Source: Atopobium sp.
GTDB lineage: Bacteria; Actinomycetota; Coriobacteriia; Coriobacteriales; Atopobiaceae
Reading direction: 5' to 3'
Assembly (NCBI GenBank): GCA_015258765.1
Contig: JABZHQ010000001.1
Coordinates: 26,820-90,819 of the forward strand
DNA length: 64,000 bases
Position numbers and translations under genes: made by a program. This document shows, in pieces, positions 19,246 to 28,364 of this stretch (positions are counted from its first letter, which is position 1; each line of letters begins with the position of its first letter). The notes under the pieces were generated by a model. That model was not told the origin of the DNA and did no database searches. It saw only the letters and a list, made by a program, of their open reading frames with translations.

Positions 19246-20436
19246 ATGGCTTTTACAAAGAAGACTGTCCGCGATGCAGATGTTGATGGTAAGCGCGTTC
19301 TTATGCGCGTTGACTTCAACGTGCCTCTAAAGGACGGCGTTGTTACTGACGACACCCGCGTTCGCGCTGCACTTCCAACCATCCAGTATCTTCTCGACCA
19401 CAACGCAAAGGTCATCCTGATGAGCCACCTTGGCCGTCCAGATGGCACCGGCTTCCAGCCAGAGCTTTCCCTGCGCCCAGCTGCAGAGAAGCTTGCTGAG
19501 CTTCTTGGCCACGAGGTTAAGTTTGTTGAGGACACCTATGGCGAGAAGGCCCGTGAGGCCGTAGACGCACTCAAGGACGGCGAGGTTCTTGTTCTTGAGA
19601 ACGTCCGTTTTGACAAGCGTGAGAAGAAGAACGATCCAGAGATTGCAAAGACTCTTGCATCTTATGGTGACATCTTTGTTCTTGATGCCTTTGGTACCGC
19701 TCACCGTGCACAGGGCTCTGTTGTTGGACCAGCAGCTTACCTTCCTGCATACGCTGGCTTCCTGCTTGAGAAAGAGGTTGATACTCTTACCTCTATCTTC
19801 TCTAACCCAGAGCGTCCACTTGTAGCTATCGTTGGTGGCTCCAAGGTTTCTTCTAAGATTGGTGTTCTTGATCACCTTATCGATTCCGCTGATACCCTTA
19901 TCATCGGTGGCGGTATGGCATATACCTTCTTCCTGGCAAAGGGTTATACCGTTGGTACTTCTCTTCAGGAGCCAGACTGGATTGAGCGCGCAGGTGAGAT
20001 GCTCAAGAAGGCAGAGGAGAAGGGTGTTAAGATTCTGCTTCCTGTTGACAACGTTGTTACCGATCACTTTGGTGAGGACGCTGTTGGCGAGGTAGTTCCT
20101 TCTGACCAGATCCCTGCAGACCGCATGGGTATGGACATTGGTCCTAAGACCGTTGAGCTTTACTCCGAGGCAATCAAGGGCGCAAAGACCGTCTTCTGGA
20201 ATGGTCCTATGGGCGTCTTTGAGTTTGATCAGTTTGCAAAGGGCACCGAGGCTGTTGCTCGTGCTGTTGCAGATGCTGATTGCACCTCTATCATCGGCGG
20301 CGGCGATTCTGTTGCAGCAGTTAACAAGTTCCACCTTGCTGACAAGATGAGCTGGATCTCCACTGGCGGCGGCGCTTCCATGGAGCTCGTTGAGGGTAAG
20401 GCACTTCCAGGAGTGGAGGCGCTTCTCGATGCGTAA
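19246..20436 (+). CDS. pgk: Phosphoglycerate kinase
   Basis: 396 aa; 'RVDFNVPL', 'ILMSHLGRP' and C-terminal 'GGGASMELVEGK' PGK motifs. Confidence 0.95.
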   Translation: MAFTKKTVRDADVDGKRVLMRVDFNVPLKDGVVTDDTRVRAALPTIQYLLDHNAKVILMSHLGRPDGTGFQPELSLRPAAEKLAELLGHEVKFVEDTYGEKAREAVDALKDGEVLVLENVRFDKREKKNDPEIAKTLASYGDIFVLDAFGTAHRAQGSVVGPAAYLPAYAGFLLEKEVDTLTSIFSNPERPLVAIVGGSKVSSKIGVLDHLIDSADTLIIGGGMAYTFFLAKGYTVGTSLQEPDWIERAGEMLKKAEEKGVKILLPVDNVVTDHFGEDAVGEVVPSDQIPADRMGMDIGPKTVELYSEAIKGAKTVFWNGPMGVFEFDQFAKGTEAVARAVADADCTSIIGGGDSVAAVNKFHLADKMSWISTGGGASMELVEGKALPGVEALLDA

Positions 20437-21196
20437 TCGTATGATCGCAGGTAACTGGAAGATGAATGAGACTTTCGCTGAGGGCGTTGAGCTTGCTCAG
20501 GGAATTGTCGATCAGCTTGCTTCCGGTACCGGAAACGTTGACGTTGTTATTGCTCCACCTCTTGTAGACCTTAAGGGTGTTTCTGAGGTTCTTACTCAGA
20601 CAAACTCTTCCGTTGCTCTCTCTGCACAGAATGTGTACTGGGAGGAGTCTGGTGCATTTACTGGTGAGACCTCTCCAGCAATGCTGACTTCTGTTGGTGC
20701 AACTTACTGCATTATTGGTCATTCCGAGCGTCGTGGCTACTTTGGCGAGACCGACGAGGACATTAACCGTAAGGCAAAGGCACTGATGGCTCATGACATC
20801 GTTCCTATTTCTTGCTGCGGTGAGTCTCTTGAGGTTCGCAACGCTGGTACTCACGTTCAGTTTGTTGTTGACCAGATTAAGGCAGATACCAAGGGTCTTG
20901 AGATTACCGATCCTTCCAAGTACGTTATTGCTTACGAGCCAATCTGGGCAATTGGTACTGGTATGACTGCAACTGCTGATGACGCACAGGAAGTCTGCGG
21001 CGCAATCCGTAAGACCCTGGTAGAGATCTTTGGTGCAGAAATTGCAGACGGTATCCGTATTCTTTACGGTGGTTCTGCAAAGCCAGAGAACGTTGGCGGC
21101 TTCCTCGAGAAAGAGGACGTCGACGGCGCACTTGTTGGTGGCGCATCTCTCAAGGCTGATTCCTTCGTTGCAATGGTAAAGAGCGCAATGAACTAA
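20429..21196 (+). CDS. tpiA: Triosephosphate isomerase
   Basis: 'IAGNWKMNE', 'GHSERR', 'AYEPIWAIGTG' TIM motifs; start ATG 20429 or 20441 overlapping pgk stop. Confidence 0.93.
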   Translation: MRNRMIAGNWKMNETFAEGVELAQGIVDQLASGTGNVDVVIAPPLVDLKGVSEVLTQTNSSVALSAQNVYWEESGAFTGETSPAMLTSVGATYCIIGHSERRGYFGETDEDINRKAKALMAHDIVPISCCGESLEVRNAGTHVQFVVDQIKADTKGLEITDPSKYVIAYEPIWAIGTGMTATADDAQEVCGAIRKTLVEIFGAEIADGIRILYGGSAKPENVGGFLEKEDVDGALVGGASLKADSFVAMVKSAMN

Positions 21197-21370
21197 ACTC
21201 TGACAAAGTTCCTTACCACCGGTGAGGTGCTTGTCCCATTTGTTAAGTTCTTGTTTGTTTTGCAACTTGGCACACGTCATTCCCAAAGGGGAGTGGCGTG
21301 TGCTATTCTTTTTTGTTGTACGTGAAAATAACTAGGGCTGGATCTTCTCGCCAGCAAGAGGGGGAACCTC

Positions 21371-21622
21371 GTGGGCGTTCTGAATACAATTCTTTTAGTG
21401 CTGTTTGTACTTTCTGGCATTTTGACGGTGCTGCTTGTCTTGGCACACTCTGGAAAGGGCACCGGCGTTTCTGACATGATTGCTGCATCTATGTATAACG
21501 CAAGCGCTGGTTCAGGCATTATGGAGAAGAACCTTGATCGCCTTACCATCATCACTACAACCATCTTCTTGGTCTGCGCAATTGTGATGGCTCTCACATT
21601 CCCCGTTGGTGCTATTGGCTAA
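21371..21622 (+). CDS. secG: Preprotein translocase subunit SecG
   Basis: 83 aa two-TM protein 'LLVLFVLSGILTVLLVLAHSGKGTGVS' typical of SecG; follows tpiA as in many Actinobacteria; GTG start. Confidence 0.8.
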   Translation: MGVLNTILLVLFVLSGILTVLLVLAHSGKGTGVSDMIAASMYNASAGSGIMEKNLDRLTIITTTIFLVCAIVMALTFPVGAIG

Positions 21623-22046
21623 ACAGCTCCTTTTACTTTTGAATTTCCTGCCGAGAAACCCGAGTTTTTCGGCATTTTTTATTTGTAGCCTGCGGAGCAT
21701 GTGAAAATTTGCTGTTAGGAATAACAGCAAAAAGGCTAGACGCGAAAGATAGTAGTTTTCTTTTACTTCTTAACAGAATTTTCAATAACGTTTCTCATAT
21801 GTAAACAAATTTGATTGTGACCTGTACGCTGGAGTCAAACAGTCATTATATGTGGATACGTTTTACTGGGATTGGTATGCATAATCTTGCTTATCTAAGA
21901 GATATTTTTTGGGTTAAGCAGCTTATCCATGGTAAAATTGCACTTTGCTGTGTATTCACGGCATGTTTGTTGTAGGAATGCTAGGTTGCCATACCGAGAA
22001 AACCTCGCTTATCGGGTGGATAAGCGCAAGGCGGTGAGGAGAGTCA

Positions 22047-23039
22047 ATGGCACGGTTTGTTTGGTACGTTACAAAGAGGATTTTGAGCTACATTGTGATG
22101 ATTTTTGTTGCAACTTCGCTCACATTCTTCCTCGCATCATCATTTATGAACCCACGCTCCAACTTTGAGCAGCGTACTCCACGTCCTCCACAGGAGTCTA
22201 TTGAGGAAAACCTGTATAGGACTAATCTGAATGATAAGACTCCAGTTATTGAACGTTATCAGGTTTGGGTTACCAATCTATTTACCAAGTTTGATCTTGG
22301 TATGACTCCAACAGGCGATAATGTTAACCGTGAGATGAGCTCTAAGTTTATGGCTTCTATTGAGCTTATGACTCCAGCAACTATTTTGTCAGTTGTTATT
22401 GGTGTTAGCCTGGGCGTTTATACCGCCCAACGTCAGTATCAGTGGCAGGACCGCTTCTTAAGTGGTGTTGCTTCGGTTTTGCTGGTTATTCCAACCGTTG
22501 TTATGGCAATCTTGATTGTTTTTGCAGCAATCGAGATTAACGCACGTGCCGGTTCTCGTATTTTCTACGTAACCGATCTTTCCAGTGGAGATACCGGAAA
22601 CTTCTTCACTTGGCTCATTGACTTCCTCCAGCACATTATTCTTCCAACCATTGTTCTTACTATCGTAAGCTCCGTTGGTTACCACCTCTCTCAGCGTACG
22701 TACCTGCTTGACGAGATGCACGCAGACTATGTCCGTACTGCTCGCGCAAAGGGACTTACTCGTAAGAAGGCAATTCGTAAGCACGCTCTTCGCGTTTCTT
22801 TGATTCCAACCGCTGTTTCAGTTGCTTTCTCTCTTGCAGGTATCTTCACAGGTGCTGTTATGACCGAGAAGGTCTTTGCAATTCACGGTCTTGGTGAGTA
22901 CTTCATTAACTGTATTAACAACAACAATATTCACGGTGCAGTTGCAGTTGCAGCATTCTCTGGCGCAATGACTCTCGTTGGCGCTCTTCTGGCTGACCTC
23001 TTTGCTGCTGCTCTTGATCCACGAATTAAGATGAGCTAA
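22047..23039 (+). CDS. ABC transporter permease (OppB-like)
   Basis: 330 aa multi-TM; conserved permease loop 'RTARAKGLTRKKAIRKHALR'. Confidence 0.85.
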   Translation: MARFVWYVTKRILSYIVMIFVATSLTFFLASSFMNPRSNFEQRTPRPPQESIEENLYRTNLNDKTPVIERYQVWVTNLFTKFDLGMTPTGDNVNREMSSKFMASIELMTPATILSVVIGVSLGVYTAQRQYQWQDRFLSGVASVLLVIPTVVMAILIVFAAIEINARAGSRIFYVTDLSSGDTGNFFTWLIDFLQHIILPTIVLTIVSSVGYHLSQRTYLLDEMHADYVRTARAKGLTRKKAIRKHALRVSLIPTAVSVAFSLAGIFTGAVMTEKVFAIHGLGEYFINCINNNNIHGAVAVAAFSGAMTLVGALLADLFAAALDPRIKMS

Positions 23040-23049
23040 GGAGGCGGAC

Positions 23050-24117
23050 ATGTCTAAAGAAGAGCTTCAGAACAAAGACGAGAAAAACGTCTCCATTGAT
23101 GCAGGTCTTACTAACGCTGAGCGTGAGCTTCAGGCAGATGCTAAGTCTGACAATAAAGAAGTTAAAAGAATTAGCTATGCTGGCCTGATTGCAAGGCGTT
23201 TCTTCCGCCAGCGTTCTGCAGTAATCGGTTTGATTATTCTTGGAATTATGGTTCTCATTGCAGTTTTTGGACCATATGCCACCCCATTTAATTACACAGA
23301 TGCTGACTTTACTGCAATTAACATGGCTCCTAATGCAAAGCATTGGTTTGGTACTGATGGTGCTGGCATTGACCTGTATGCCTGCGTTGTCCACGGCCTT
23401 GGTCGTTCGTTGACCATTGGTATTAGCTACGCAATCTTGACTACTATCATCTCTGCAATTATTGGTACTGCCATTGCCTATGTCCGTGGCATTCCAGAGA
23501 AGATTGGTATGTGGCTTCTTGATATGCTCATGGTCATTCCTAGCTTCTTGCTGGTTGCTATGATTGTTCGTGCAGCAGGTGGTGAGTCTGGTTGGCTCAT
23601 GCTTATCTTTGGTCTGACTGCTTTTGGTTGGATTGGCCGCGCGCGTACTATCCGCACCATGGCTCTGTCTTTGCGTGAGAGAGATTACGTCAAGGCTGCT
23701 AAGTACATGGGTGTTCCACCATTTACCATCATTGTTCGTCACCTTATTCCAAACCTTGGTTCAATTCTTATTATTGACTTGGTCTTGGCTGTTATTGGCG
23801 GCGTTAACTCTGAGACTGCATTCAGCTTCTTGGGCCTTGGTATTAAGGCACCAGATACTTCTCTTGGTTACCTTCTGAGTGCTGGTTCTTCTGCAATGCT
23901 TACTACTCCATGGATGATTTTGATTCCATCGGCATTTCTGATTGTTGTTTGTGTTGGCCTGCAGCTCATCGGCGATGGCCTTCGCGATGCCTTTGACCCT
24001 TATTCACGCGCTGCTGGTAGCGTCAAAGATCAGGAAGAGGATTCTTCCAAGGATGACGCTCAGCTTGGTGATCTTGAGGGTAGCATCGTTTCTGAAGAAA
24101 CTACGGAGCGTGCATAA
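23050..24117 (+). CDS. ABC transporter permease (OppC-like)
   Basis: 355 aa; N-terminal hydrophilic region then 6 TM; 'RERDYVKAAKYMGV' permease signature region. Confidence 0.85.
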   Translation: MSKEELQNKDEKNVSIDAGLTNAERELQADAKSDNKEVKRISYAGLIARRFFRQRSAVIGLIILGIMVLIAVFGPYATPFNYTDADFTAINMAPNAKHWFGTDGAGIDLYACVVHGLGRSLTIGISYAILTTIISAIIGTAIAYVRGIPEKIGMWLLDMLMVIPSFLLVAMIVRAAGGESGWLMLIFGLTAFGWIGRARTIRTMALSLRERDYVKAAKYMGVPPFTIIVRHLIPNLGSILIIDLVLAVIGGVNSETAFSFLGLGIKAPDTSLGYLLSAGSSAMLTTPWMILIPSAFLIVVCVGLQLIGDGLRDAFDPYSRAAGSVKDQEEDSSKDDAQLGDLEGSIVSEETTERA

Positions 24118-26150
24118 TGTCTGACACTACTACTACTTCAACAAAGCAGGGAAGTGTAGAGATGGACGATGTCCTTCGCTACGAGCTGCTTGAGTCAAAC
24201 GGTCCAAAGGGTGCTCCAACAGGAGATCCAGTTCTTTCTGTTCGTAACCTTAAGGTTTCCTTTAATACTGAGGCTGGTCGTGTAGACGCAGTTCGCGGTG
24301 TTAACTTTGACCTTTGGGGCGGCCGTACTCTTGGTATCGTAGGCGAGTCTGGTTCTGGTAAATCAGTAACTGCTCTGTCTCTTATTGGTCTTCTTGATGA
24401 CAACGCTCACGTTACTGGCTCTATTAAGCTTGGTAATGAGGAGCTCATTGGTAAGACCGACGAAGAGATGTCAGAGCTTCGTGGCACTAAGATTTCTATG
24501 ATCTTCCAGGATCCACTGTCTGCTTTGACTCCAATGTTCTCTATTGGAGATCAGCTTGCAGAGGCTCTGCTTACCCACAATCCTCATATGAGCAGGTCAG
24601 ACGTTCGTAAGCGTTGTATTGAGCTTCTCTCCATTGTTGGTATTACTGACCCAGAGAATCGTCTGGATTCTTTCCCACATGAGTTCTCTGGTGGTATGCG
24701 TCAGCGTGTTGTTATTGCAATTGCAATTGCAAACAATCCTGACATCATCATTGCAGACGAGCCAACCACTGCTCTTGACGTAACTATTCAGGCTCAGATT
24801 CTTGACGTCTTGAAGGTTGCACAGAAAGAGACGGGCGCAGCAGTTGTTCTGATTACTCACGACCTTGGTGTTGTTGCAGGTACCGCTGATGACATTATGG
24901 TTATGTATGCAGGCCGTGGCGTAGAGCGCGCAAGTGTTGATACGCTTTTTGCTGAGCCTCGTCATCCTTATACCATGGGCCTTCTGGGTGCTGTTCCAAA
25001 ACCTCACCTTCAGGCAGAGCATAGGCTTGTTCCTATTAAGGGCAATCCACCATCACTTGCTGCCATTCCAACTGGTTGTCCTTTTAACCCACGTTGTCCT
25101 ATGGCTACCGAGGAATGCTCCAAGAAAGAGCCAGTGCTGCTTCCTGCAAATGCTGCTGAGGGCCACCTAGCATCTTGCCACCACCTTCAGGAGATTTGCG
25201 AGAAGAACCTCACCTATGCTGAGGTGTATCCAGACTTTGAGCCAATCCTTCCAAAGTGGGTTGATGTACCTCGTAACGAGCGTCCTGTTGTACTCAAGGT
25301 TGAGAATCTTACCAAGACTTTCCCTGTTCAGGGTAAGGGCTTTATTAGACGCAGCAAGGGCACTATGACCGCAGTTGACCGTGCAAGTTTTGAGATCCAT
25401 GAGGGAGAAACCCTTGCGCTTGTTGGTGAGTCTGGTTCTGGTAAATCAACAACTCTGATGCAGATTATGGATTTGCTGAAGCCTGAGGATGGTCGTATTA
25501 CGGTTCTTGGCAAAGATGTTGCTGAGCTTAAGAATGCTGCACAGCGTAGAGAGCTGCGTAAAGATCTTCAGGTTATCTTCCAGGATCCAATGAGTTCTCT
25601 GGACCCACGTATGCCTGTCTATGACGTTTTGGCTGAGCCACTTCAGGCACAGGGTTGGAACAAAGAGGATATTAATACTCGTATTGGCGAGCTTATGCGT
25701 CTGGTTGGTATCAACCCAGACTATGTTGACCGCTTCCCATCCCAGTTCTCTGGTGGTCAGCGTCAGCGTATTGCTATTGCTCGTGCTCTTGCAACAAGTC
25801 CAAAGATTCTTCTCTTGGACGAGCCAATTGCATCTCTGGACGTTTCCATTCAGGCAGGTATTATTAACCTCCTTGAGGATCTTCAGGTTCAGTTGAAGAT
25901 TTCTTATCTCTTTGTTGCTCACGATCTTGCTGTTATTCGTCATATTTCTGACACGGTTGCTGTTATGCACCTGGGCAAGATTGTTGAGTACGGTGAGACT
26001 GAAGACGTCTTTACTAACCCACAAGATCCTTACACTAAGGCGCTTCTCTCGGCTATTCCAATTCCTGATCCAAAGATTGAGCGTACCCGTGAGCGCATGA
26101 TTTATCAGGATGGTAAGCTGGTTCCTGCTACTCACATCTCTAACGAGTAA
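24117..26150 (+). CDS. ABC transporter ATPase with two tandem nucleotide-binding domains (OppD-OppF fusion)
   Basis: 677 aa; two Walker A motifs 'GESGSGKSVT' and 'GESGSGKSTT', two signature motifs 'FSGGMRQRV' and 'FSGGQRQRI'. Confidence 0.9.
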   Translation: MSDTTTTSTKQGSVEMDDVLRYELLESNGPKGAPTGDPVLSVRNLKVSFNTEAGRVDAVRGVNFDLWGGRTLGIVGESGSGKSVTALSLIGLLDDNAHVTGSIKLGNEELIGKTDEEMSELRGTKISMIFQDPLSALTPMFSIGDQLAEALLTHNPHMSRSDVRKRCIELLSIVGITDPENRLDSFPHEFSGGMRQRVVIAIAIANNPDIIIADEPTTALDVTIQAQILDVLKVAQKETGAAVVLITHDLGVVAGTADDIMVMYAGRGVERASVDTLFAEPRHPYTMGLLGAVPKPHLQAEHRLVPIKGNPPSLAAIPTGCPFNPRCPMATEECSKKEPVLLPANAAEGHLASCHHLQEICEKNLTYAEVYPDFEPILPKWVDVPRNERPVVLKVENLTKTFPVQGKGFIRRSKGTMTAVDRASFEIHEGETLALVGESGSGKSTTLMQIMDLLKPEDGRITVLGKDVAELKNAAQRRELRKDLQVIFQDPMSSLDPRMPVYDVLAEPLQAQGWNKEDINTRIGELMRLVGINPDYVDRFPSQFSGGQRQRIAIARALATSPKILLLDEPIASLDVSIQAGIINLLEDLQVQLKISYLFVAHDLAVIRHISDTVAVMHLGKIVEYGETEDVFTNPQDPYTKALLSAIPIPDPKIERTRERMIYQDGKLVPATHISNE

Positions 26151-26310
26151 CAAAGATTCAATAAATTTTCTGAAAACCCGCACTTAAAACTAGGTGTGGG
26201 TTTTTCTTTGTTACAAATAGTGAACGAGGTTGTTACGGGAATGTTTCTGCTATGGAGTATTTTCAGGCAATTTCGTATAGTTAAGTGAATATCTGTAGGC
26301 CTTTAACGAA

Positions 26311-28085
26311 ATGGGTGATCATATGGCTGACAGTTTTTCCCGTCGTTCGTTCTTTGCTCTGACTGGAATCACCGCCGCAGGTCTTGGCCTTGCTGGTTGT
26401 GCTCCATCAAATCCTCAGAGCAGCTCTACCACCACAGGTACTGAGCCACAGGACGGCTCTCCTGCAAACACTCCTCTGGATCAGCTTCCACTTCCAGAGA
26501 AGGGCAAGACGTACAACAATCCTAAGTCTCGTGATGAGGTTAAGGATGGCGGTACTCTGACTCAGCCAATCAACGAGATTGGTCCACAGTGGAATTATTA
26601 CCAACTTGCTGGTAATACCTCTTACATGAACATCCTTCACGGTCTTATCAACCCTCGTGACCTGTTCCTTAACAATGCTGATGGCGATAAGTTTGAGCCA
26701 AACAAGGATTACATCAAGGACTTCAAGGTAGAGGAGAAGGACGGCAAACAGGTTGCTACCCTGACCTTCACTGATCAGGCCACCTTCAACGATGGTACCG
26801 CTATTGATTGGACCGCAATTCAGACCGCATTCATCACTATGTGTGGTCAGAATAAAAAGTTTGCGGTTTCTTCAACTGATGGTTATGACAAGTATGAGTC
26901 TGTTGAGCAGGGTGATACTGCTAAGACTGCTGTTATTACCATGAAGGAGGCAGTCTATCCAATCGAGAGCATCTTGAGCTATGCTCTGCACCCAAAGCTT
27001 CAGGATCCAGACTTCTTCAACAATGGTTACAACAATGAGCCACACAACGAGCTTGGTTCTGGTCCTTATATTGTTGATTCTTTCGATGACTCTGCTGTAA
27101 CCTTTAAGCCAAATCCAAAGTGGTGGGGTGACGCTCCTAAGCTTGATACCCTTGTCTACAAGCAGATGGATACCCAGGCTTCCATTAACGCATTCAAGAA
27201 CGAAGAGACTGATACTACTGGTACTTCCGTCGCAGGTTCTGCTGAGCTTCTTTCTAACTTCTCCGGTCTTGGTGATAAGGCTCAGATTCGCCGTGGTCTT
27301 GGTATGTCTATTGCTGTTATCGAGCTTAACTCTACTCGCGGTGCTCTTCGGATGTTGCAGTTCGTAAGGCATTCTGCCAGGTTGTTGATCCTGCAACTAT
27401 CGTTTCCATTGTCTTCCAGGGTGTTAACTGGAAAGAGGACGCACCAGGCTCTATGCTTTGGCCTTATTGGGCAGCTGGTTATGACAACAACCTCCCAGAC
27501 GATATCAAGAACCTCAAGTCTGCTGACGAGCGCAAGGCTGCTGCAAAGAAGACCCTTGAGGACGCAGGCTACAAGCTCAATGGCGATTACTACGAGAAGG
27601 ACGGTCAGCAGGTAACCTTTAGTTACACTCTGTTCGGCGACGGTACTACTGTTAAGAACCGTGCTGCTGCAATCCAGAAGATGTGCAAGGATGCTGGTAT
27701 TAACCTTACCCTTGATTCTCACCCATCTTCTGAGTTCTCTGATGTTCTTACCTCTGGCTCTTGGGATGTCTGCCTCTTTGGTTGGGTTGGCTCTTCAACT
27801 TCTTACAACAACGGTGGTCAGCTCTATGGTTCTGAATCTGGATCCAACTTTGGTCAGCAGGGCTCCGCAGAGACCGATGAGATGTTTGCAAAGGTTGTCT
27901 CTACCAAGGACTTTGATGAGCGCATGAAGCTCATGAATGAGGCTGAGAAGAAGATGATGCAGACTTACGCATATCTTCCTGTCTACACTGGTCCAGACTG
28001 CTACGTTGTTAAGAAGGGTCTTGCTAACTTTGGTCCTTCACTCTTCCAGAGCACACCAGCAACCATTGTTGGTTGGCAGAAGTAA
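26311..28085 (+). pseudogene. Family-5 ABC substrate-binding lipoprotein gene interrupted by a +/-1 frameshift near 27340-27350
   Basis: ORF 26311..27615 ends in ~90 aa of low-complexity out-of-frame sequence after '...VIELNSTRGAL'; the +1 frame continues 'SDVAVRKAFCQVVDPATIVSIVFQGVNWKEDAPG' into ORF 27453..28085 which carries the SBP C-terminus; TAT/lipobox N-terminus 'SRRSFFALTGITAAGLGLAGC'. Confidence 0.7.
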
Positions 28086-28193
28086 GCAAGGGACAAGGCG
28101 ATCTTCTCGCAAAGTTCTTTTGAGAAAAGTTTTTAATTTTTCTCAGTAAAGTTGCTTGAAGATGTGTTAGTATATCCCTCGCTGCAAAGCAAG

Positions 28194-28282
28194 TCGGAGT
28201 GGCGGAATTGGCAGACGCGCTAGCTTGAGGTGCTAGTGGCCTACTAACGGCTGTGCGGGTTCAAGTCCCGCCTCCGACACCA
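28194..28282 (+). tRNA. tRNA-Leu (anticodon GAG), long variable arm
   Basis: acceptor GTCGGAG/CTCCGAC, D-loop, anticodon stem CTAGC/GCTAG with loop TTGAGGT, T-loop GGTTCAAGTCC, 3' ACCA. Confidence 0.85.
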
Positions 28283-28291
28283 CGAAATTTC

Positions 28292-28321
28292 GGCGGATCT
28301 CTTCGGAGGTCCGCCTTTTTC
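28292..28321 (+). terminator. Rho-independent terminator after tRNA-Leu
   Basis: GGCGGATCTC-TTCG-GAGGTCCGCC hairpin followed by TTTTT. Confidence 0.7.
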
Positions 28322-28364
28322 GTATACTTAGGCAATATGATTTGTTTTTCCTTGTTGGTAAGGA

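Noticed and set aside
19327-21286. Two long minus-strand ORFs (335 aa and 321 aa)
   Set aside because: Antisense to pgk and tpiA.
21700-21735. Inverted repeat TTGCTGTTA-GGAA-TAACAGCAA downstream of secG
   Set aside because: No adjacent T-run on either strand and no gene context; likely incidental or minor structural element.
23026-23742. 238-aa minus-strand ORF
   Set aside because: Antisense to ABC permease gene; no RBS.
25446-26183. 245-aa minus-strand ORF
   Set aside because: Antisense to the duplicated-NBD ATPase gene.
27282-27722. 146-aa minus-strand ORF
   Set aside because: Antisense across the frameshifted SBP gene.
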